Counted from the first letter of the stretch, positions 18,733 through 31,774 are shown. The stretch is 64,000 nt of DNA from an uncultured Actinomycetota bacterium (GCA_963817425.1 CAWFOH010000010.1:3105-67104); one strand, 5' to 3'. Program-made: numbers and translations. The notes: generated by a model not told the origin, from the letters alone.

Positions 18733-20211
18733 ATGTCCACGCTCTTCATCGATGGGGTCTGGCAGTCGGCCATTGGCGGCGCTGTCCGGGAGATTCACTG
18801 CCCCGCTGATGGCAGCCTTGTCGCGACCGTTCCCGAGGCTGGGCCCGAGGACGCCGAGCGTGCGATCGAAGCGGCCCGACGGGCATTCGACTCCGGCCCG
18901 TGGCCCGCGACATCCTCGCTCGAGCGTGGCGCGTTGCTGCACCGGGTGGCTGACCTCCTCGAGCGCGACAAGGAAGAGGTCGCGCGGCTCGAGTCGCTCG
19001 ACACCGGCAAGCGCATCATCGAGTCGCGCTACGACGTCGACGACATCGTCGGCGTGTTCCGCCACTTCGCCGGGCTGGCCGGAGCCGAGTCCGGACGCGT
19101 GGTCGACACCGGGCGGCCGGGCGTCGTCAGCCGCGTCGTGCACGAGCCCGTCGGCGTGTGCTCCCTGATCACCCCCTGGAACTATCCACTGCTGCAGACC
19201 GCGTGGAAGGTCGCTCCGGCCATCGCAGCGGGCAACACGTTCGTGCTCAAGCCGAGCGAGCTGACCCCGTCCACCGCGATCTGGTTGATGCGCGCCCTCG
19301 ACGAGGCGGGGTTGCCCTCCGGCGTCGCCAACCTGGTGCTCGGCGCCGGGGCCGATGTCGGCCCGACCCTCACGACTCATCCCGCGGTTGACCTGGTCTC
19401 GTTCACCGGCGGGCTCGTCACCGGTCGCGGGGTCATGGCCGCCGCCGCCCCTACAGTCAAGAAGGTCGCACTCGAGCTCGGCGGCAAGAATCCCAACATC
19501 GTGTTCGCCGACGCCGATCGCGAGACTGCCCTGGACTTTGCGCTGACGGCGGTCTTCCTGCACTCGGGCCAGGTCTGCTCGGCCGGCGCCCGGCTGCTCG
19601 TCGAGTCGTCGATCCACGACGAGTTCGTCGATGAGCTCGTCCGCAGGGCCGAGCTCATCCGCATCGGCGGTCCGTTCGACGACAAGGCCGAGACCGGGCC
19701 GCTCATCAGTGCCGGCCACCGCGAGAAGGTCGAGGCCTACGTGGCAGCCGGCATCGCCGAGGGTGCCCAGCTGCGTACGGGCGGCGCCCGGCCGGACGAT
19801 CCGGCCCTGGCCGACGGCTTCTACTACCTGCCGACGATCTTCACCGGATGCACCGCCGACATGAGCGTCGTGCGCGACGAGTCGTTCGGCCCGGTGCTCA
19901 CGGTCGAGCCGTTCGACAGCGAGGACGACGCGGTCGCCAAGGCCAACGACAGCATCTATGGCCTGGCCGGCGGCGTCTGGACATCCCAGGCTGGTCGCGC
20001 CGAGCGGGTCGCGGCGCGCCTGCGCATGGGCACGGTGTGGATCAACGACTACCACCCATACGTGCCGCAGGCCGAGTGGGGCGGCTACAAGCAGTCCGGC
20101 TTCGGCCGCGAGCTCGGCCTCGACGGCCTGGCGGAGTACCGCGAGACCAAGCACATCTGGCACAACATCGATCCCACCCCACAACGCTGGTTCGACGGAG
20201 CTGACGCATGA
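18733..20211 (+). CDS. betB: Betaine aldehyde dehydrogenase
   Basis: [41 protein letters not shown]; adjacent to betA. Confidence 0.88.
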   Translation: MSTLFIDGVWQSAIGGAVREIHCPADGSLVATVPEAGPEDAERAIEAARRAFDSGPWPATSSLERGALLHRVADLLERDKEEVARLESLDTGKRIIESRYDVDDIVGVFRHFAGLAGAESGRVVDTGRPGVVSRVVHEPVGVCSLITPWNYPLLQTAWKVAPAIAAGNTFVLKPSELTPSTAIWLMRALDEAGLPSGVANLVLGAGADVGPTLTTHPAVDLVSFTGGLVTGRGVMAAAAPTVKKVALELGGKNPNIVFADADRETALDFALTAVFLHSGQVCSAGARLLVESSIHDEFVDELVRRAELIRIGGPFDDKAETGPLISAGHREKVEAYVAAGIAEGAQLRTGGARPDDPALADGFYYLPTIFTGCTADMSVVRDESFGPVLTVEPFDSEDDAVAKANDSIYGLAGGVWTSQAGRAERVAARLRMGTVWINDYHPYVPQAEWGGYKQSGFGRELGLDGLAEYRETKHIWHNIDPTPQRWFDGADA

Positions 20212-21929
20212 GGAAGCAGAAGAGCTACGACTTCGTGATCGTCGGCGGCGGCTCGGCCGGATCGGCCCTCGCCAACCGGCTCAGCGCGGATCCGTCGACG
20301 AGCGTCCTCGTCCTCGAGGCGGGCCGCAACGACTCCAAGCTCGACCCCTTCATCCACATGCCGGCGGCGCTCCCGTACCCGATCGGCAACCGGCTGTACG
20401 ACTGGAAGTACGAGTCGGAGCCCGAGCCGTACATGGACGGTCGCAAGGTGTTCCACGCGCGCGGCAAGGTCCTCGGCGGTTCGAGCAGCATCAACGGGAT
20501 GATCTTCCAGCGCGGCAACCCACTCGACTTCGAGCGGTGGGCCGCCGACCCCGGCATGGAGTCGTGGGCCTACGCGAACTGTCTGCCCTACTTCAAGCGC
20601 ATGGAGACCTGTCTTGCCGGTGAGGACGAGTGGCGCGGTGGCTCCGGACCACTGATCCTCGAGCGCGGACCGGCGACAAATCCCCTGTTCGGCGCGTTCC
20701 TGGAGGCCGCCCAGGAGGCCGGTTACCCCCTGACCGACGACGTCAACGGCTACCGGCAGGAAGGCTTCGCACGCTTCGACCGCAATCTGCATCGCGGTCG
20801 CCGGCTCAGTGCGGCCCGCGCGTACCTCCACCCCGTCATGAACCGGCCCAACCTCCGGGTCGAGACGCTCGCGCACGTCACGGGCCTGCGAACCGAGGGC
20901 ACCAGGGTCACCGGCGTCGACTACCTGCGCGGCGGCAAGCTGCACCGCAGCGTCGATGCCAAGGAAGTCATCCTGTGCGGCGGCGCGATCAACTCACCAC
21001 AGCTGATGCAGCTGTCCGGGATCGGCAACGCGGCCGAGCTCGAGGCCCTCGGCATCAAGTCGGTGGTCGACCTGCCCGGAGTCGGCGAGAACCTCCAGGA
21101 CCACCTCGAGGTCTACATCCAGTACGCCAGCAAGCAGCCCGTCTCGATCGGGCCCTGGCTCAAGCACCGCCACAAGCCGCGCATCGGCGCCGAGTGGCTG
21201 TTCCTCCGCAAGGGCGTCGGCGCATCCAACCACTTCGAGGCTGGTGGCTTCGTCCGCAGCAACGACCTGGTCGACTACCCCAACCTGATGTTCCACTTCC
21301 TGCCGATCGCCATCCGGTACGACGGCTCGCAGCCGGCGGCCGAGCACGGCTATCAGGTGCACATTGGTCCGATGTACTCCGACTGCCGCGGCACCGTGAA
21401 GATCAAGTCCACCGATCCCAAGGAACACCCGGCGCTGCGGTTCAACTACCTCTCGACCGAGACCGACCGGCGCGAGTGGATCGAGATGGTCCGTGTCGCC
21501 CGCCGCATTCTCAACCAGCCGGCGTTCGAACCGTTCAACGACGGGGAGATCTCTCCCGGACCGTCGGTCGAGACCGACCAGGAAATCCTGGACTGGGTCG
21601 CCAAGGACGCCGAGACCGCTCTCCACCCGTCGTGCACCGCCCGGATGGGCACCGACGACATGAGCGTGCTCGACCCGACCAGCATGCGCGTGCATGGTGT
21701 CGACGGCCTGCGGGTCGTCGATGCCTCCTCGATGCCGTACGTCACCAACGGCAACATCTACGCGCCGATCATGATGCTCGCCGAGAAGGCCGCCGACCTG
21801 ATCCTCGGCAACGCCCCGCTCGAGCCGGCCACCGACGTTCCGTTCTATCGCTTCCGCGAGGGCAGTCCACTGTTCCCGCCGGGCGATCCGCGCAACGCTT
21901 CCCACACACAAGGAGTGGAGCAGTCATGA
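20208..21929 (+). CDS. betA: Choline dehydrogenase
   Basis: GMC oxidoreductase: [41 protein letters not shown]. Confidence 0.95.
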   Translation: MRKQKSYDFVIVGGGSAGSALANRLSADPSTSVLVLEAGRNDSKLDPFIHMPAALPYPIGNRLYDWKYESEPEPYMDGRKVFHARGKVLGGSSSINGMIFQRGNPLDFERWAADPGMESWAYANCLPYFKRMETCLAGEDEWRGGSGPLILERGPATNPLFGAFLEAAQEAGYPLTDDVNGYRQEGFARFDRNLHRGRRLSAARAYLHPVMNRPNLRVETLAHVTGLRTEGTRVTGVDYLRGGKLHRSVDAKEVILCGGAINSPQLMQLSGIGNAAELEALGIKSVVDLPGVGENLQDHLEVYIQYASKQPVSIGPWLKHRHKPRIGAEWLFLRKGVGASNHFEAGGFVRSNDLVDYPNLMFHFLPIAIRYDGSQPAAEHGYQVHIGPMYSDCRGTVKIKSTDPKEHPALRFNYLSTETDRREWIEMVRVARRILNQPAFEPFNDGEISPGPSVETDQEILDWVAKDAETALHPSCTARMGTDDMSVLDPTSMRVHGVDGLRVVDASSMPYVTNGNIYAPIMMLAEKAADLILGNAPLEPATDVPFYRFREGSPLFPPGDPRNASHTQGVEQS

Positions 21930-22969
21930 CCGATACCGCCGTCAAGGTCGACCATCTGTGGAAGGTCTTCGGACCCAAGGCCTCACGCATCCCCGGCAGC
22001 CCGGAGGGGGAGCTGTCCCGCGACGAGCTCCGCAGGAAGACCGGCTGCGTCGCCGGCGTCAAGGACGTCAGCTTCGAGGTCAAGCGCGGCGAGGTCTTCG
22101 TCGTCATGGGACTGTCCGGGTCGGGCAAGTCGACGCTGGTGCGGTGCCTCACCAGGCTCATCGAGCCGACCGCAGGTGAAGTCGTGATCGACGACGACGA
22201 CGTCCTCAAGATGTCGGAATCGGCTCTTCGCAACCTCCGCCGCACCCACGTGGCCATGGTGTTCCAGCACTTCGGTCTGCTGCCCCACCGCCGGGTCCTC
22301 GACAACATCGCGTACGGCCTCGAGGTTCGCGGCGTCGGCCGCGCCGAGCGCCACGCCAAGGCCCAGGAAGTGCTCGAGCTGGTCGGTCTCGCCGGCAACG
22401 CCGCGTCATACCCCGATCAGCTGTCCGGCGGCATGCAGCAGCGAGTCGGGCTCGGGCGCGCCCTTGCCGTCGACCCGTCGCTGCTGTTGTTCGACGAGCC
22501 GTTCTCGGCGCTCGACCCGCTGATCCGCCGCGACATGCAGAACGAGGTCATCCGGCTGCACCACGAGGTCAAGAAGACGATGATCTTCATCACCCACGAC
22601 CTGCAGGAGGCCCTCAAGCTCGGCGACCGCATCCTGATCATGCGTGACGGCGAAGTCGTCCAGGTCGGCACGCCCGACGAGGTCGTCGGCGCCCCGGCGG
22701 ACGAGTACGTACGCGACTTCGTCAGCGAGGTCCCGAAGTCGCACGTCCTGACGCTGAAGTGGGTCATGCGGCAGCCAGAGCCCGATGACGCGCTCGACGG
22801 GCCCGAGCTCCCGCCCAACACGATTGTCCAGAACGCCGCACGTCTCGTGCTCGACTCCGACAAGCCGATCAAGGTGGTCGAGAACGGCCAGCTGCTCGGC
22901 GTCGTCACAGACGAGGACATCCTGCGCGTGATCGTTGCGGAGGAGAAGCCGACGGAGGTGCCGGCATGA
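21926..22969 (+). CDS. Glycine betaine/choline ABC transporter ATP-binding protein (ProV/OpuAA type)
   Basis: [28 protein letters not shown]. Confidence 0.93.
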   Translation: MTDTAVKVDHLWKVFGPKASRIPGSPEGELSRDELRRKTGCVAGVKDVSFEVKRGEVFVVMGLSGSGKSTLVRCLTRLIEPTAGEVVIDDDDVLKMSESALRNLRRTHVAMVFQHFGLLPHRRVLDNIAYGLEVRGVGRAERHAKAQEVLELVGLAGNAASYPDQLSGGMQQRVGLGRALAVDPSLLLFDEPFSALDPLIRRDMQNEVIRLHHEVKKTMIFITHDLQEALKLGDRILIMRDGEVVQVGTPDEVVGAPADEYVRDFVSEVPKSHVLTLKWVMRQPEPDDALDGPELPPNTIVQNAARLVLDSDKPIKVVENGQLLGVVTDEDILRVIVAEEKPTEVPA

Positions 22970-24993
22970 GTACGACGACGGCGGCCCCGCCGGCGTCCAA
23001 GGAACAGTCGCCGGCGCCCGCGGCGGAGAAGCAGTCTCACCGCGGTCGAGCCGTTGCGATCGTTCTCGCGGTGTTCGTCGTCCTCAGCTTCCCCTTCCGC
23101 GATGTCGCGACCCTCCCGTTGGCCCGTTCCGACCTCACCGACTTCCAGAAGTGGCTCGGTGAGCTCAGCGACAAGCTCGAGTCAGCGCAGAGCTCGAGCG
23201 CGATCCTGCAGGGCCTCGACAAGATCAGCACCGCCCTCGAGAAGATTGCGGTGTTCCTGCAGGAGCTCGTCAGCCAGCCGGCATTCCCGCGGCCGGTCCC
23301 CGACATCGGCTGGCTCGGCGTCCTGGCGATCGCGATCTGGATCGCGCTGGCGATCGCCGGCTGGCGCATGGCCGTCCTGACCGGCATCAGCTTCGCGCTC
23401 TTCGGCATGCTCGGCTACTGGGCCGACAGCATGGACACCCTCATCATCACGTTCATCGCCGTGGCCATCTGTCTGATCATCGGCATCCCGATCGGCATCT
23501 GGATGGGCCGAAGCACACGAGCCACCGCGGCCATCACCCCGATCCTCGACGGCCTGCAGACCCTGCCCTCGTTCGTCTACCTGCTGCCGATCACGCTGTT
23601 CTTCAGCATCGGCGTCGCCGCCGCGGTCATCGTGACACTGATCTATGCGATGCCCCCGGTCATCCGCATCAGCGCACACGGCATCCGCACGGTCTCGTCG
23701 GAGACCATCGAGGCGATGGAGTCGCTCGGCACGAGCCGCTCGCAGATGCTGCGCAAGGTCCAGCTGCCGATGGCCAAACGTACGATCATCGTCGGCGTCA
23801 ACCAGACGATCATGGCCGCTCTGTCGATGGCCACGATCGCCGCGTTCGTCGACGGCCCCGGCCTCGGTGGGCCCGTCATCAAGGCGCTGGAGTCCCTCGA
23901 CGTCGGCCGCGCAGCAACCGCGGGCCTCTGCATCGTGATCATGGCGATCATGCTCGACCGCGTCACGACGGCCGCCAGCGAGCGCAGCGAGGCGATCCCG
24001 TCCGAGCACGGCCGGCGCAACCGGTGGATCCTCCTCGGCGCGTCCGGCGTGGCAGCCATCGCGTGCATCATCGCGTCGCGCCAATACCTCAACCTGGCGG
24101 AGTTCCCCTCGGATCCTGATCTCGGCACCCCGTTCGCCAAGGCCGCCGACAATGTCTCCAACTTCTTCACCGACAACGCCGCGACCACGACCAACGCGAT
24201 CAAGGACGCCCTGACGTACGGCTTGCTGAATCCGCTGCAGACCCTGCTCGCCGACTCGCCCTGGTGGCTGGTCGCGGCAACCCTGCTGGTGCTGTCGTTC
24301 CTGATCGGCGGGATGCGCTCGTTCCTGACATCGGTCGTCTGCATCGGCGTCGTTCTCGGCGTCGGCCTGTGGCAGGACGCGATGATCACGCTGACGATGA
24401 CCCTCGTTGCGACCATCCTGACGATGATCCTGGCCTTGGTGCTCGGCGTGTGGATGGCACAGAGTCGCACGGTCGACCTGATCGTCCGGCCGATTCTCGA
24501 CGCTGCTCAGGTCGTCCCGCCGTTCGTCTACCTGGTGCCGGCACTCGCGCTCTTCAGCGCTACTCGCTTCACCGCCATCATCGCGGCCGTGGTCTATGCC
24601 GCACCGGTGGCGATCAAGCTCGTCTGTGACGCGATCCGAGCGGTGTCACCCACCGTCGTCGAGGCGGCGCAGTCGGCCGGCTCGAGCCGCTGGCAGCTCA
24701 TCACGAAGGTCCAGCTGCCGATGGCCCGCAAGGGCATCGCCCTCGCGACCAACCAGGGCATGCTCTACGTCTTCGCGATGGTCGTGATCGGCGGCCTGGT
24801 CGGAGCGGGCGCGCTCGGCTATCTCGTCGTCGCCGGCTTCTCGCAGAGCGAGCTGTTCGGCAAGGGACTCGCAGCGGGACTCGCCATCGTCGCGCTCGCG
24901 ATCATGCTCGACCGGATGGCTCAAGGAACGTCAGCGCGACAGGCGCGGACAGGCAAGCGAATGTTTCTCAGGTCCCCGTTCACCGGGACCTGA
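22966..24993 (+). CDS. Glycine betaine ABC transporter permease (tandem ProW-type domains)
   Basis: Two repeats of PILD..Q..P.FVYL and KVQLPMA with EAA loops. Confidence 0.92.
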   Translation: MSTTTAAPPASKEQSPAPAAEKQSHRGRAVAIVLAVFVVLSFPFRDVATLPLARSDLTDFQKWLGELSDKLESAQSSSAILQGLDKISTALEKIAVFLQELVSQPAFPRPVPDIGWLGVLAIAIWIALAIAGWRMAVLTGISFALFGMLGYWADSMDTLIITFIAVAICLIIGIPIGIWMGRSTRATAAITPILDGLQTLPSFVYLLPITLFFSIGVAAAVIVTLIYAMPPVIRISAHGIRTVSSETIEAMESLGTSRSQMLRKVQLPMAKRTIIVGVNQTIMAALSMATIAAFVDGPGLGGPVIKALESLDVGRAATAGLCIVIMAIMLDRVTTAASERSEAIPSEHGRRNRWILLGASGVAAIACIIASRQYLNLAEFPSDPDLGTPFAKAADNVSNFFTDNAATTTNAIKDALTYGLLNPLQTLLADSPWWLVAATLLVLSFLIGGMRSFLTSVVCIGVVLGVGLWQDAMITLTMTLVATILTMILALVLGVWMAQSRTVDLIVRPILDAAQVVPPFVYLVPALALFSATRFTAIIAAVVYAAPVAIKLVCDAIRAVSPTVVEAAQSAGSSRWQLITKVQLPMARKGIALATNQGMLYVFAMVVIGGLVGAGALGYLVVAGFSQSELFGKGLAAGLAIVALAIMLDRMAQGTSARQARTGKRMFLRSPFTGT

Positions 24994-25017
24994 GGGCCTA
25001 TCTAAGAAGGAGTTCAG

Positions 25018-25980
25018 ATGAATGTTCTGACCAGAAGGGCAAGCCTGACCGCGGCACTCGCGGCCAGTGCCCTGCTCGCACTCTCCGCTTGTGGGGGCGG
25101 GGGCATCGAGGAAAGCGGCAGCGGGGACAAGAAGTGCGACACGACCGTCAACATGGCGGTCAACCCTTGGGTCGGCTACGAGGCCTCGGCGCACGTCGTG
25201 GGCCAGGTCATCGAGCAGAAGCTCGGCTGCAAGGTCGACTACAAGGACCTCAAGGAGGAAGTCGCCTGGCAGGGCTTCGCCAAGGGCACCGTCGACGTCG
25301 TCATCGAGGACTGGGGACACCCGGCCCTGGAGAAGAAGTACGTCGAGGGCGACAAGTCCGCCACCATCGCCGGCCCCAACGGCAACGTCGGGCAGATCGG
25401 TTGGTTCGTGCCGCCGTGGATGGCCGAGAAGTACCCGGACATCACGGACTACAAGAACCTCAACAAGTACGCCGACCTGTTCAAGACGTCGGAGTCCGGC
25501 GGCAAGGGTCAGCTCCTCGACGGCGATCCGTCGTACGTCACGAACGACGAGGCGCTGGTCAAGAACCTCAAGCTGAACTACAAGGTGGTCTACGCCGGCA
25601 GCGAGGCGGCACTGATCACCGGGTTCCGCCAGGCGGAGAAGAACAAGAAGCCGATGATCGGCTACTTCTACGAGCCGCAGTGGTTCCTGTCGGAGGTCCC
25701 GCTGGTCAAGGTCAACCTCCCGCCCTACAAGGAGGGTTGTGACGCCGATCCCGAGAAGGTCGCGTGCGACTATGCGAAGACCGATCTGAAGAAGATCGTC
25801 GCCACGAAGTTCGCCGAGTCCGGCAGCCCGGCGTACGACGTCGTCAAGGCCTTCACGTGGACCAATGACGACCAGAACATCGTCGCGAAGTACATCGCCG
25901 AGGACAAGATGTCGGCCGACGACGCGGCGAAGAAGTGGATCAAGGACAACCCGGACAAGGTCGACGCCTGGGTCAAGTAG
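25018..25980 (+). CDS. Glycine betaine ABC transporter substrate-binding lipoprotein
   Basis: LSAC lipobox, NPWVG, EDW, YFYEPQW. Confidence 0.9.
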   Translation: MNVLTRRASLTAALAASALLALSACGGGGIEESGSGDKKCDTTVNMAVNPWVGYEASAHVVGQVIEQKLGCKVDYKDLKEEVAWQGFAKGTVDVVIEDWGHPALEKKYVEGDKSATIAGPNGNVGQIGWFVPPWMAEKYPDITDYKNLNKYADLFKTSESGGKGQLLDGDPSYVTNDEALVKNLKLNYKVVYAGSEAALITGFRQAEKNKKPMIGYFYEPQWFLSEVPLVKVNLPPYKEGCDADPEKVACDYAKTDLKKIVATKFAESGSPAYDVVKAFTWTNDDQNIVAKYIAEDKMSADDAAKKWIKDNPDKVDAWVK

Positions 25981-26009
25981 TCCTGTCCGCGCCACCTGGC
26001 GCGAACGTT

Positions 26010-26045
26010 CGTACGCCCCGAAGGCTCCGGCCTTCGGGGCGTACG
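26010..26045 (+). terminator. Hairpin after transporter operon
   Basis: CGTACGCCCCGAAGGC-tccg-GCCTTCGGGGCGTACG perfect stem. Confidence 0.75.
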
Positions 26046-26118
26046 GCATTCCGGTCGAGAATCGGGCGGCCGCACGCCTTGACACTCGCGTGATCGACAG
26101 CGACCATTGACGAAGAGT

Positions 26119-26154
26119 GTTTCAGATAGCGATTTGAGTTGCGAATTACGCAAC
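26119..26154. promoter_or_regulatory. Tandem 17-bp operator, copy 3 (GcvT-family dehydrogenase)
   Basis: GTTGCG-AATTA-CGCAAC at 26138-26154 preceded by weak GTTTCA-GATAG-CGATTT. Confidence 0.7.
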
Positions 26155-26172
26155 AGATGAACGGAGCTCCAC

Positions 26173-28689
26173 ATGCCAGAAGTGCCGGGTAACGCACGAG
26201 TCGTTGTGATCGGTGCCGGAATTGTCGGCAACAGCCTGGTGTATCACCTGGCACGGCTGGGCTGGCGCGACATCGTCCAGATCGACAAGGGCCCGCTGCC
26301 CAACCCCGGCGGATCGACCGGGCACGCCTCCAACTTCATCTTCCCGGTCGACCACTCCCGGGAGATCACGGATCTGACGCTCGACAGCATGGAGCAGTAC
26401 AAGGAGATGGGCGTCTTCACCGAGTCCGGTGGCTTCGAGGTCGCCCGCACCGAGGAGCGCATGGAGGAGCTGCGTCGCCGCATGTCCTCCGCCAAGGCGT
26501 GGGGCATCCCCTCCGAGATCGTGACGCCCGAGCAGGTCGTCGAGAAGGTCCCGTTCCTCGACCCCTCCGTCATCATCGGTGCGTTCTACACGCCGAGCGT
26601 CGGGGTCGTCGACTCCTTGCGCGCCGGCACGATCATGCGTGAGCGCGCCCTCGAGCTCGACGCGCTCACGGTCGTCCAGACCGTCGAGGTCATCGGCCTC
26701 GACGTCGAGGAGGGCAAGATCCGCCGGGTCAGGACGACCGGCGGTGACATCGAGGCCGAGACGGTCGTGATCTGTTGCGGCGTCTGGAGCCCCCGCATCG
26801 CCAAGATGGCCGGCGCCAAGATCCCGCTGACCCCTGCGGTGCACCAGATGATCAGCGTCGGACCGGTCCCTCAGCTGTCCGGCACGGTCGGCGAGATCTC
26901 GTTCCCGATCGTCCGCGACATGGACACGTTCTGCTACGAGCGCCAGCACGGCGGCGACATGGAGGTCGGCTCCTACGCCCACCGCGCGATCCTGCACGAC
27001 CCCGACGAGATCCCCTCGATCGAGCAGTCGAAGCTGTCGCCGACCGAGATGCCGTTCACGGCGGACGACTTCGACCAGCAGCTCGAAGAGGCGCTGGAGC
27101 TCATGCCTGAGGTCCTCGGCAACCCCGAGGTCGAGATCCGCTACGCCATCAACGGCCTGCTGTCACTGACGCCGGACGGCAGCCCGATCCTCGGTGAGAC
27201 GCCTGAGGTCAAGGGCCTGTGGTCCGCCGCGGCGGTCTGGATCAAGGAAGGACCGGGTGTCGGGCGTGCGGTCGCCGAGTGGATGACCGACGGCAACCCC
27301 GAGATCGACATCCACCAGTCCGACATCGCCCGCTTCTACCCGCACCAGCGCACCAAGCAGCACGTCGCAGCGCGCACCAGCGAGGCGTTCATCAAGACGT
27401 ACGGCATCGTGCACCCGTTCGAGCAGTACGAGAGCGACCGTGGCGCACGACTGGCGCCGATGCACGCGAGCCAGAGGGAGCTGGGCGCCCAGTTCTTCGA
27501 GACCGCAGGCTGGGAGCGCCCGCACTGGTACGCCTCCAACGAGTCGTTGCTGGGTGAGTACGGCGATGCCGTGATGCCGCGTGAGAACGAATGGGATTCA
27601 CGCTGGTGGTCACCCATCATCAACGCCGAGCACCTCGCGATGCGCGAGCGTGCCGGAATCGTCGACCTGACGGCGTTCTCGATCTTCGACGTCGTCGGCA
27701 AGGGCGCGTTCGACGCGGTGCAGCGCATCGCGGTCGGCCAGATGAACGTCGCGCCCGGTCGCGTCGTCTACACGCCGATCATCGACAGCCGGGGCGGCTT
27801 CCGCGCCGACCTCACGATCATGCGGCTCGGTGACAACCACTTCCGTGTCGTCACCGGCGGTGCCCATGGCAACCTCGATCGCAAGTGGTTCCGTGACCAC
27901 ATGCCGGCAGATGGCTCGGCGCAGGTCGTCGACCAGACCTCGGCGTACACCACGATCGGTGTCTGGGGACCCAAGGCGCGCGACATCCTGGGCAACCTGA
28001 CCGAGAGCGACATCAGCCACGAGGCGTTCAAGTTCGGCACCTGCCAGTCCCTCGAGCTCGGCTCGATCGACGTCCTCGCGTCCCGCATCTCGTACGTCGG
28101 CGAGCTCGGTTGGGAGCTGTACGTCCCGATGGAGAGCGGCGCGAAGCTGTGGAACCTGATCCGCGAGACCGGCAACCCGCAGGGGCTCGTGCCCGTCGGC
28201 ATCGGTGTATACGGCACGACCGGACGCATGGAGAAGGGCTACCGCGCGTACGGCGCCGAGCTGGACAGCGAGCGGACGATCATCGAGGCCGGCATGCAGC
28301 GGCCCAAGGTCAAGGAAGCGGACTTCATCGGCCGTGAGGCGTACGTCAAGCAGCGCTCCGAGGACCCCGCGACCGTGATGTGCACGCTGACCGTCGACGA
28401 CCACACGTCGGCCGACGGGACCAAGCGCTACATGCTGGGCGGCGAGCCCGTCCTCACGCCTGACGGCGAGCCGCTCATCGACGGACACGGGCACCGCGCC
28501 TACGTCACGTCGGCGGGTTCTGCGCCGTCGCTCGGCAAGCACCTGCTGATGGCCTACCTGCCGCCCGAGCAGGCCGTGGTCGGCACCAAGCTGGCCGTCG
28601 ACTACATGGAGCAGCGCTATTCGGTGACCGTCGGTTCGGCCGACGCGACCGGACTGTTCGATCCCGACAACGCACGAATCCGAGGCTGA
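26173..28689 (+). CDS. Dimethylglycine/sarcosine dehydrogenase-like flavoprotein (DAO + GcvT folate-binding domains)
   Basis: IGAGIVG, STGHAS, TPDG, GWERP, ISYVGELGWEL, RMEKGY. Confidence 0.9.
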   Translation: MPEVPGNARVVVIGAGIVGNSLVYHLARLGWRDIVQIDKGPLPNPGGSTGHASNFIFPVDHSREITDLTLDSMEQYKEMGVFTESGGFEVARTEERMEELRRRMSSAKAWGIPSEIVTPEQVVEKVPFLDPSVIIGAFYTPSVGVVDSLRAGTIMRERALELDALTVVQTVEVIGLDVEEGKIRRVRTTGGDIEAETVVICCGVWSPRIAKMAGAKIPLTPAVHQMISVGPVPQLSGTVGEISFPIVRDMDTFCYERQHGGDMEVGSYAHRAILHDPDEIPSIEQSKLSPTEMPFTADDFDQQLEEALELMPEVLGNPEVEIRYAINGLLSLTPDGSPILGETPEVKGLWSAAAVWIKEGPGVGRAVAEWMTDGNPEIDIHQSDIARFYPHQRTKQHVAARTSEAFIKTYGIVHPFEQYESDRGARLAPMHASQRELGAQFFETAGWERPHWYASNESLLGEYGDAVMPRENEWDSRWWSPIINAEHLAMRERAGIVDLTAFSIFDVVGKGAFDAVQRIAVGQMNVAPGRVVYTPIIDSRGGFRADLTIMRLGDNHFRVVTGGAHGNLDRKWFRDHMPADGSAQVVDQTSAYTTIGVWGPKARDILGNLTESDISHEAFKFGTCQSLELGSIDVLASRISYVGELGWELYVPMESGAKLWNLIRETGNPQGLVPVGIGVYGTTGRMEKGYRAYGAELDSERTIIEAGMQRPKVKEADFIGREAYVKQRSEDPATVMCTLTVDDHTSADGTKRYMLGGEPVLTPDGEPLIDGHGHRAYVTSAGSAPSLGKHLLMAYLPPEQAVVGTKLAVDYMEQRYSVTVGSADATGLFDPDNARIRG

Positions 28690-28693
28690 TGAC

Positions 28694-29455
28694 ATGACCA
28701 ACGTCCTTGTCTGCATCAAGAGAGTCCCCGAGACGTCGAGCCAGGTCCTGCTGTCCGAGGACGGCATGAGCGTCGACGCACGCCACGTCGGGCACACGAC
28801 CAGCCCGCACGAGGAGGCTGCCGTCGAGATCGCCGTCCAGACCGCCGAGGCGACCGGGGGAGAGGCCACCGTGCTGACCCTCGGGCCCGGCGACGCCGCC
28901 GACCAGCTCCGCGACGCCATCGCGGTCGGCTGCACGCGCGCTGTCCACATCGAGGCCGACTCCGAACAGTTCGGACCGGCAGACGTGGCCGCTGCGATCG
29001 CCCAGTTCGTCAGCACCCAGGCCGACCCGGTCGACCTGGTGCTGGTCGGCACCGACGCAGCTGACACCGGCGACTTCCAGGTCGGCGTCCGGCTTGCCTA
29101 CGCGCTCGAGCGGCCCGTGCTGACCGGCATCTCGAACGTCTCCGTCGACGGTGACACCGTCACCGCGCGCGGCGCCGGCCCAGAGGGCGACGAGATCTTC
29201 GAGCTCCCGACACCGGCGGTCATCGCGATCTCCGAGGGCGGCGTGTCGCCCCGCTACCCGTCCATCGTCGGACGCATGAAGGCCAAGAAGACGCCGATCG
29301 ACGTCATCGAGACCGACATCGTCCCCACCACCCAACGCGTCAAGCTCAAGTCCCCGCCGGCGCAGCCCAGCTCGGTCGAGGTCCTGGGCAAGGGGCCCGA
29401 GGCCGCAGGCGCTGTCGTCGACATGCTGATCAAGATCGGAGTGGTCGCAAAATGA
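28694..29455 (+). CDS. etfB: Electron transfer flavoprotein beta subunit
   Basis: VCIKRVP, EAAVE, VLTLGP, PRYPS. Confidence 0.9.
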   Translation: MTNVLVCIKRVPETSSQVLLSEDGMSVDARHVGHTTSPHEEAAVEIAVQTAEATGGEATVLTLGPGDAADQLRDAIAVGCTRAVHIEADSEQFGPADVAAAIAQFVSTQADPVDLVLVGTDAADTGDFQVGVRLAYALERPVLTGISNVSVDGDTVTARGAGPEGDEIFELPTPAVIAISEGGVSPRYPSIVGRMKAKKTPIDVIETDIVPTTQRVKLKSPPAQPSSVEVLGKGPEAAGAVVDMLIKIGVVAK

Positions 29456-30441
29456 TCCTCGTCCTCGTGGAGACCGACGCCGAAGGCGTCACCCTGACCT
29501 CACGCGAAGCGCTGAGCTTCGCCCGATCGCTCGGTGAGAGCCTCGCCGACGACGCACTGGAAGCGGTCGTCGTCGGACCGCTGTCGGAGCAGCAGCAGCC
29601 GCTCGTCCTGGCCCACCTCGGTGAGCAGGCCGTCGCTGTCGCGCACCACGCCGACGACGAACGGCTGACGTCGTACGGCGCTGCGGCGTGGGCCGCGTCC
29701 GTCGTCGACGTGGCGTCGTCCGAGTCGGCCCGCCTCGTCATCGCGTCCGGCACACCCCGCGGCAACGAGGTCCTCGCCCACGTCGCAACCAGACTCGATG
29801 CCCTGATGGCCGCCAACGTCATCGGTGTCGACAGCACCGAACCGCTGATCGTGTCGCGTCAGGTCATGGGCGGCGGTGTCTTCGAGGAGATGCGCCTCGA
29901 CGGCCAGGTCGCCACGCTCAGCGTCGCGGGTCACGCCGTCGACGCCGTGCCGGCCGCCGCACCGACGAGCCCGGTGCTGCGTACGTACAGCCCCGTGCTG
30001 ACCGACGCCGACCTGCTGACCCGGGTCGTTCGCACCGAGATCAAGGAAGAGGGCGACACCGGCGCGCTGACCAGCGCGCGGGTCGTCGTCGGCGCCGGAC
30101 GAGGTGCCGGCAGCGCCGACGGGTTCGCCGACCTGCTCGAGCTCACCGACCTGCTCGACGGGGCACTCGGCGTCTCGCGCGTCGTGACGAGCCTCGGCTG
30201 GCGGCCGCACCATGAGCAGGTCGGCCAGACCGGCAGCCGCATCTCGCCGGATCTCTACGTCGCGTGCGGCATCAGTGGCGCGATCCAGCACTGGGCCGGA
30301 TGCCAGAGCGCGAAGACGATCCTGGCCATCAACACGGATGCGGACGCCCCGATGGTGACCAAGGCGCACTACGCGGTCATCGGCGACCTGCACGAGATCG
30401 TCCCGGCGATCAACGAGGAGCTGCGTCGTCGCCTCGGCTGA
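29452..30441 (+). CDS. etfA: Electron transfer flavoprotein alpha subunit
   Basis: [28 protein letters not shown]. Confidence 0.93.
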   Translation: MILVLVETDAEGVTLTSREALSFARSLGESLADDALEAVVVGPLSEQQQPLVLAHLGEQAVAVAHHADDERLTSYGAAAWAASVVDVASSESARLVIASGTPRGNEVLAHVATRLDALMAANVIGVDSTEPLIVSRQVMGGGVFEEMRLDGQVATLSVAGHAVDAVPAAAPTSPVLRTYSPVLTDADLLTRVVRTEIKEEGDTGALTSARVVVGAGRGAGSADGFADLLELTDLLDGALGVSRVVTSLGWRPHHEQVGQTGSRISPDLYVACGISGAIQHWAGCQSAKTILAINTDADAPMVTKAHYAVIGDLHEIVPAINEELRRRLG

Positions 30442-30487
30442 CGGCAACCGGCAACATCCGCGCACACCAGGACTCCAAGGAAGTGCC

Positions 30488-31774
30488 ATGTCAGACCAAC
30501 TGATCCAGACCCTTGCGGACGTCGACGAAGAAGTCGATCGTGCGATCGCCCAGGAGCTCAACCGCCAGCAGTCCACGCTGGAGATGATCGCCTCGGAGAA
30601 CTTCGCGCCGGCTTCGGTGATGGAGGCGCAAGGGTCGGTCCTGACCAACAAGTACGCCGAGGGCTATCCGGGCAAGCGCTACTACGGCGGCTGTGAGCAT
30701 GTGGACGTCGTCGAACAGCTGGCGATCGACCGGGTCAAGGCGCTCTTCGGTGCCGAGGCCGCCAACGTGCAACCGCACTCAGGGGCCCAGGCGAACGCGG
30801 CGGCGATGTTCGCGCTGCTGGAGCCCGGCGACACCATCATGGGCCTGGACCTGGCGCACGGCGGCCACCTCACGCACGGGATGCGCATCAACTTCTCCGG
30901 CAAGCTCTACAACGTCATCCCGTACCACGTCAGCAAGGACGATCACCTGGTCGACATGGCTGAGGTGGAGGCGCTGGCCCTCGAGCACCGGCCCAAGCTG
31001 ATCGTGGCCGGCTGGTCGGCGTACTCACGGCAGCTCGACTTTGCCGAGTTCCGACGCATCGCCGACCTCGTCGATGCCTATCTCATGGTGGACATGGCGC
31101 ACTTCGCCGGCTTGGTGGCTGCCGGTCTGCACCCCAACCCGGTGCCGTACGCCGATGTCGTCACCACCACGACGCACAAGACCCTGGGCGGCCCGCGCGG
31201 TGGAGTGATCCTGAGCAAGGAGCAGTACGCCCGCAAGATCAACAGCGCCGTCTTCCCCGGACAGCAGGGTGGCCCGCTCGAGCACGTCATCGCCGCGAAG
31301 GCCGTGGCGTTCAAGATCGCGGCCTCTGACGGCTTCAGGGAACGTCAGCAACGTACGCTCGAAGGCGCGAGCATCCTGGCCTCGCGGCTGCTGCAGGACG
31401 ACGTCGCTGCCGCCGGGATCTCCGTGGTCAACGGCGGAACGGACGTCCACCTGGTCCTCGTCGACCTCCGCGACTCGGAGCTGGACGGGCAGCAGGCCGA
31501 GGATCGCCTGCACCGCATCGGCATCACGGTCAATCGCAATGCCGTCCCCTTCGACCCCCGTCCGCCGATGGTCTCGTCGGGACTCCGGATCGGCACTCCT
31601 GCGCTGGCGACTCGCGGCTTCGGAGCCGAGGAGTTCACCGAGGTCGCGGACATCATCGCGCTGGCCTTGATCGGGTCGACGCCAGAGGCAGACCTGCGCC
31701 GTCGGGTCAGCGCACTCGCCGCGAGCTTCCCGCTGTATCCGCACCTGAAATCAGGGGTAGAGGACTTCGCCTGA
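30488..31774 (+). CDS. glyA: Serine hydroxymethyltransferase
   Basis: [34 protein letters not shown]. Confidence 0.97.
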   Translation: MSDQLIQTLADVDEEVDRAIAQELNRQQSTLEMIASENFAPASVMEAQGSVLTNKYAEGYPGKRYYGGCEHVDVVEQLAIDRVKALFGAEAANVQPHSGAQANAAAMFALLEPGDTIMGLDLAHGGHLTHGMRINFSGKLYNVIPYHVSKDDHLVDMAEVEALALEHRPKLIVAGWSAYSRQLDFAEFRRIADLVDAYLMVDMAHFAGLVAAGLHPNPVPYADVVTTTTHKTLGGPRGGVILSKEQYARKINSAVFPGQQGGPLEHVIAAKAVAFKIAASDGFRERQQRTLEGASILASRLLQDDVAAAGISVVNGGTDVHLVLVDLRDSELDGQQAEDRLHRIGITVNRNAVPFDPRPPMVSSGLRIGTPALATRGFGAEEFTEVADIIALALIGSTPEADLRRRVSALAASFPLYPHLKSGVEDFA

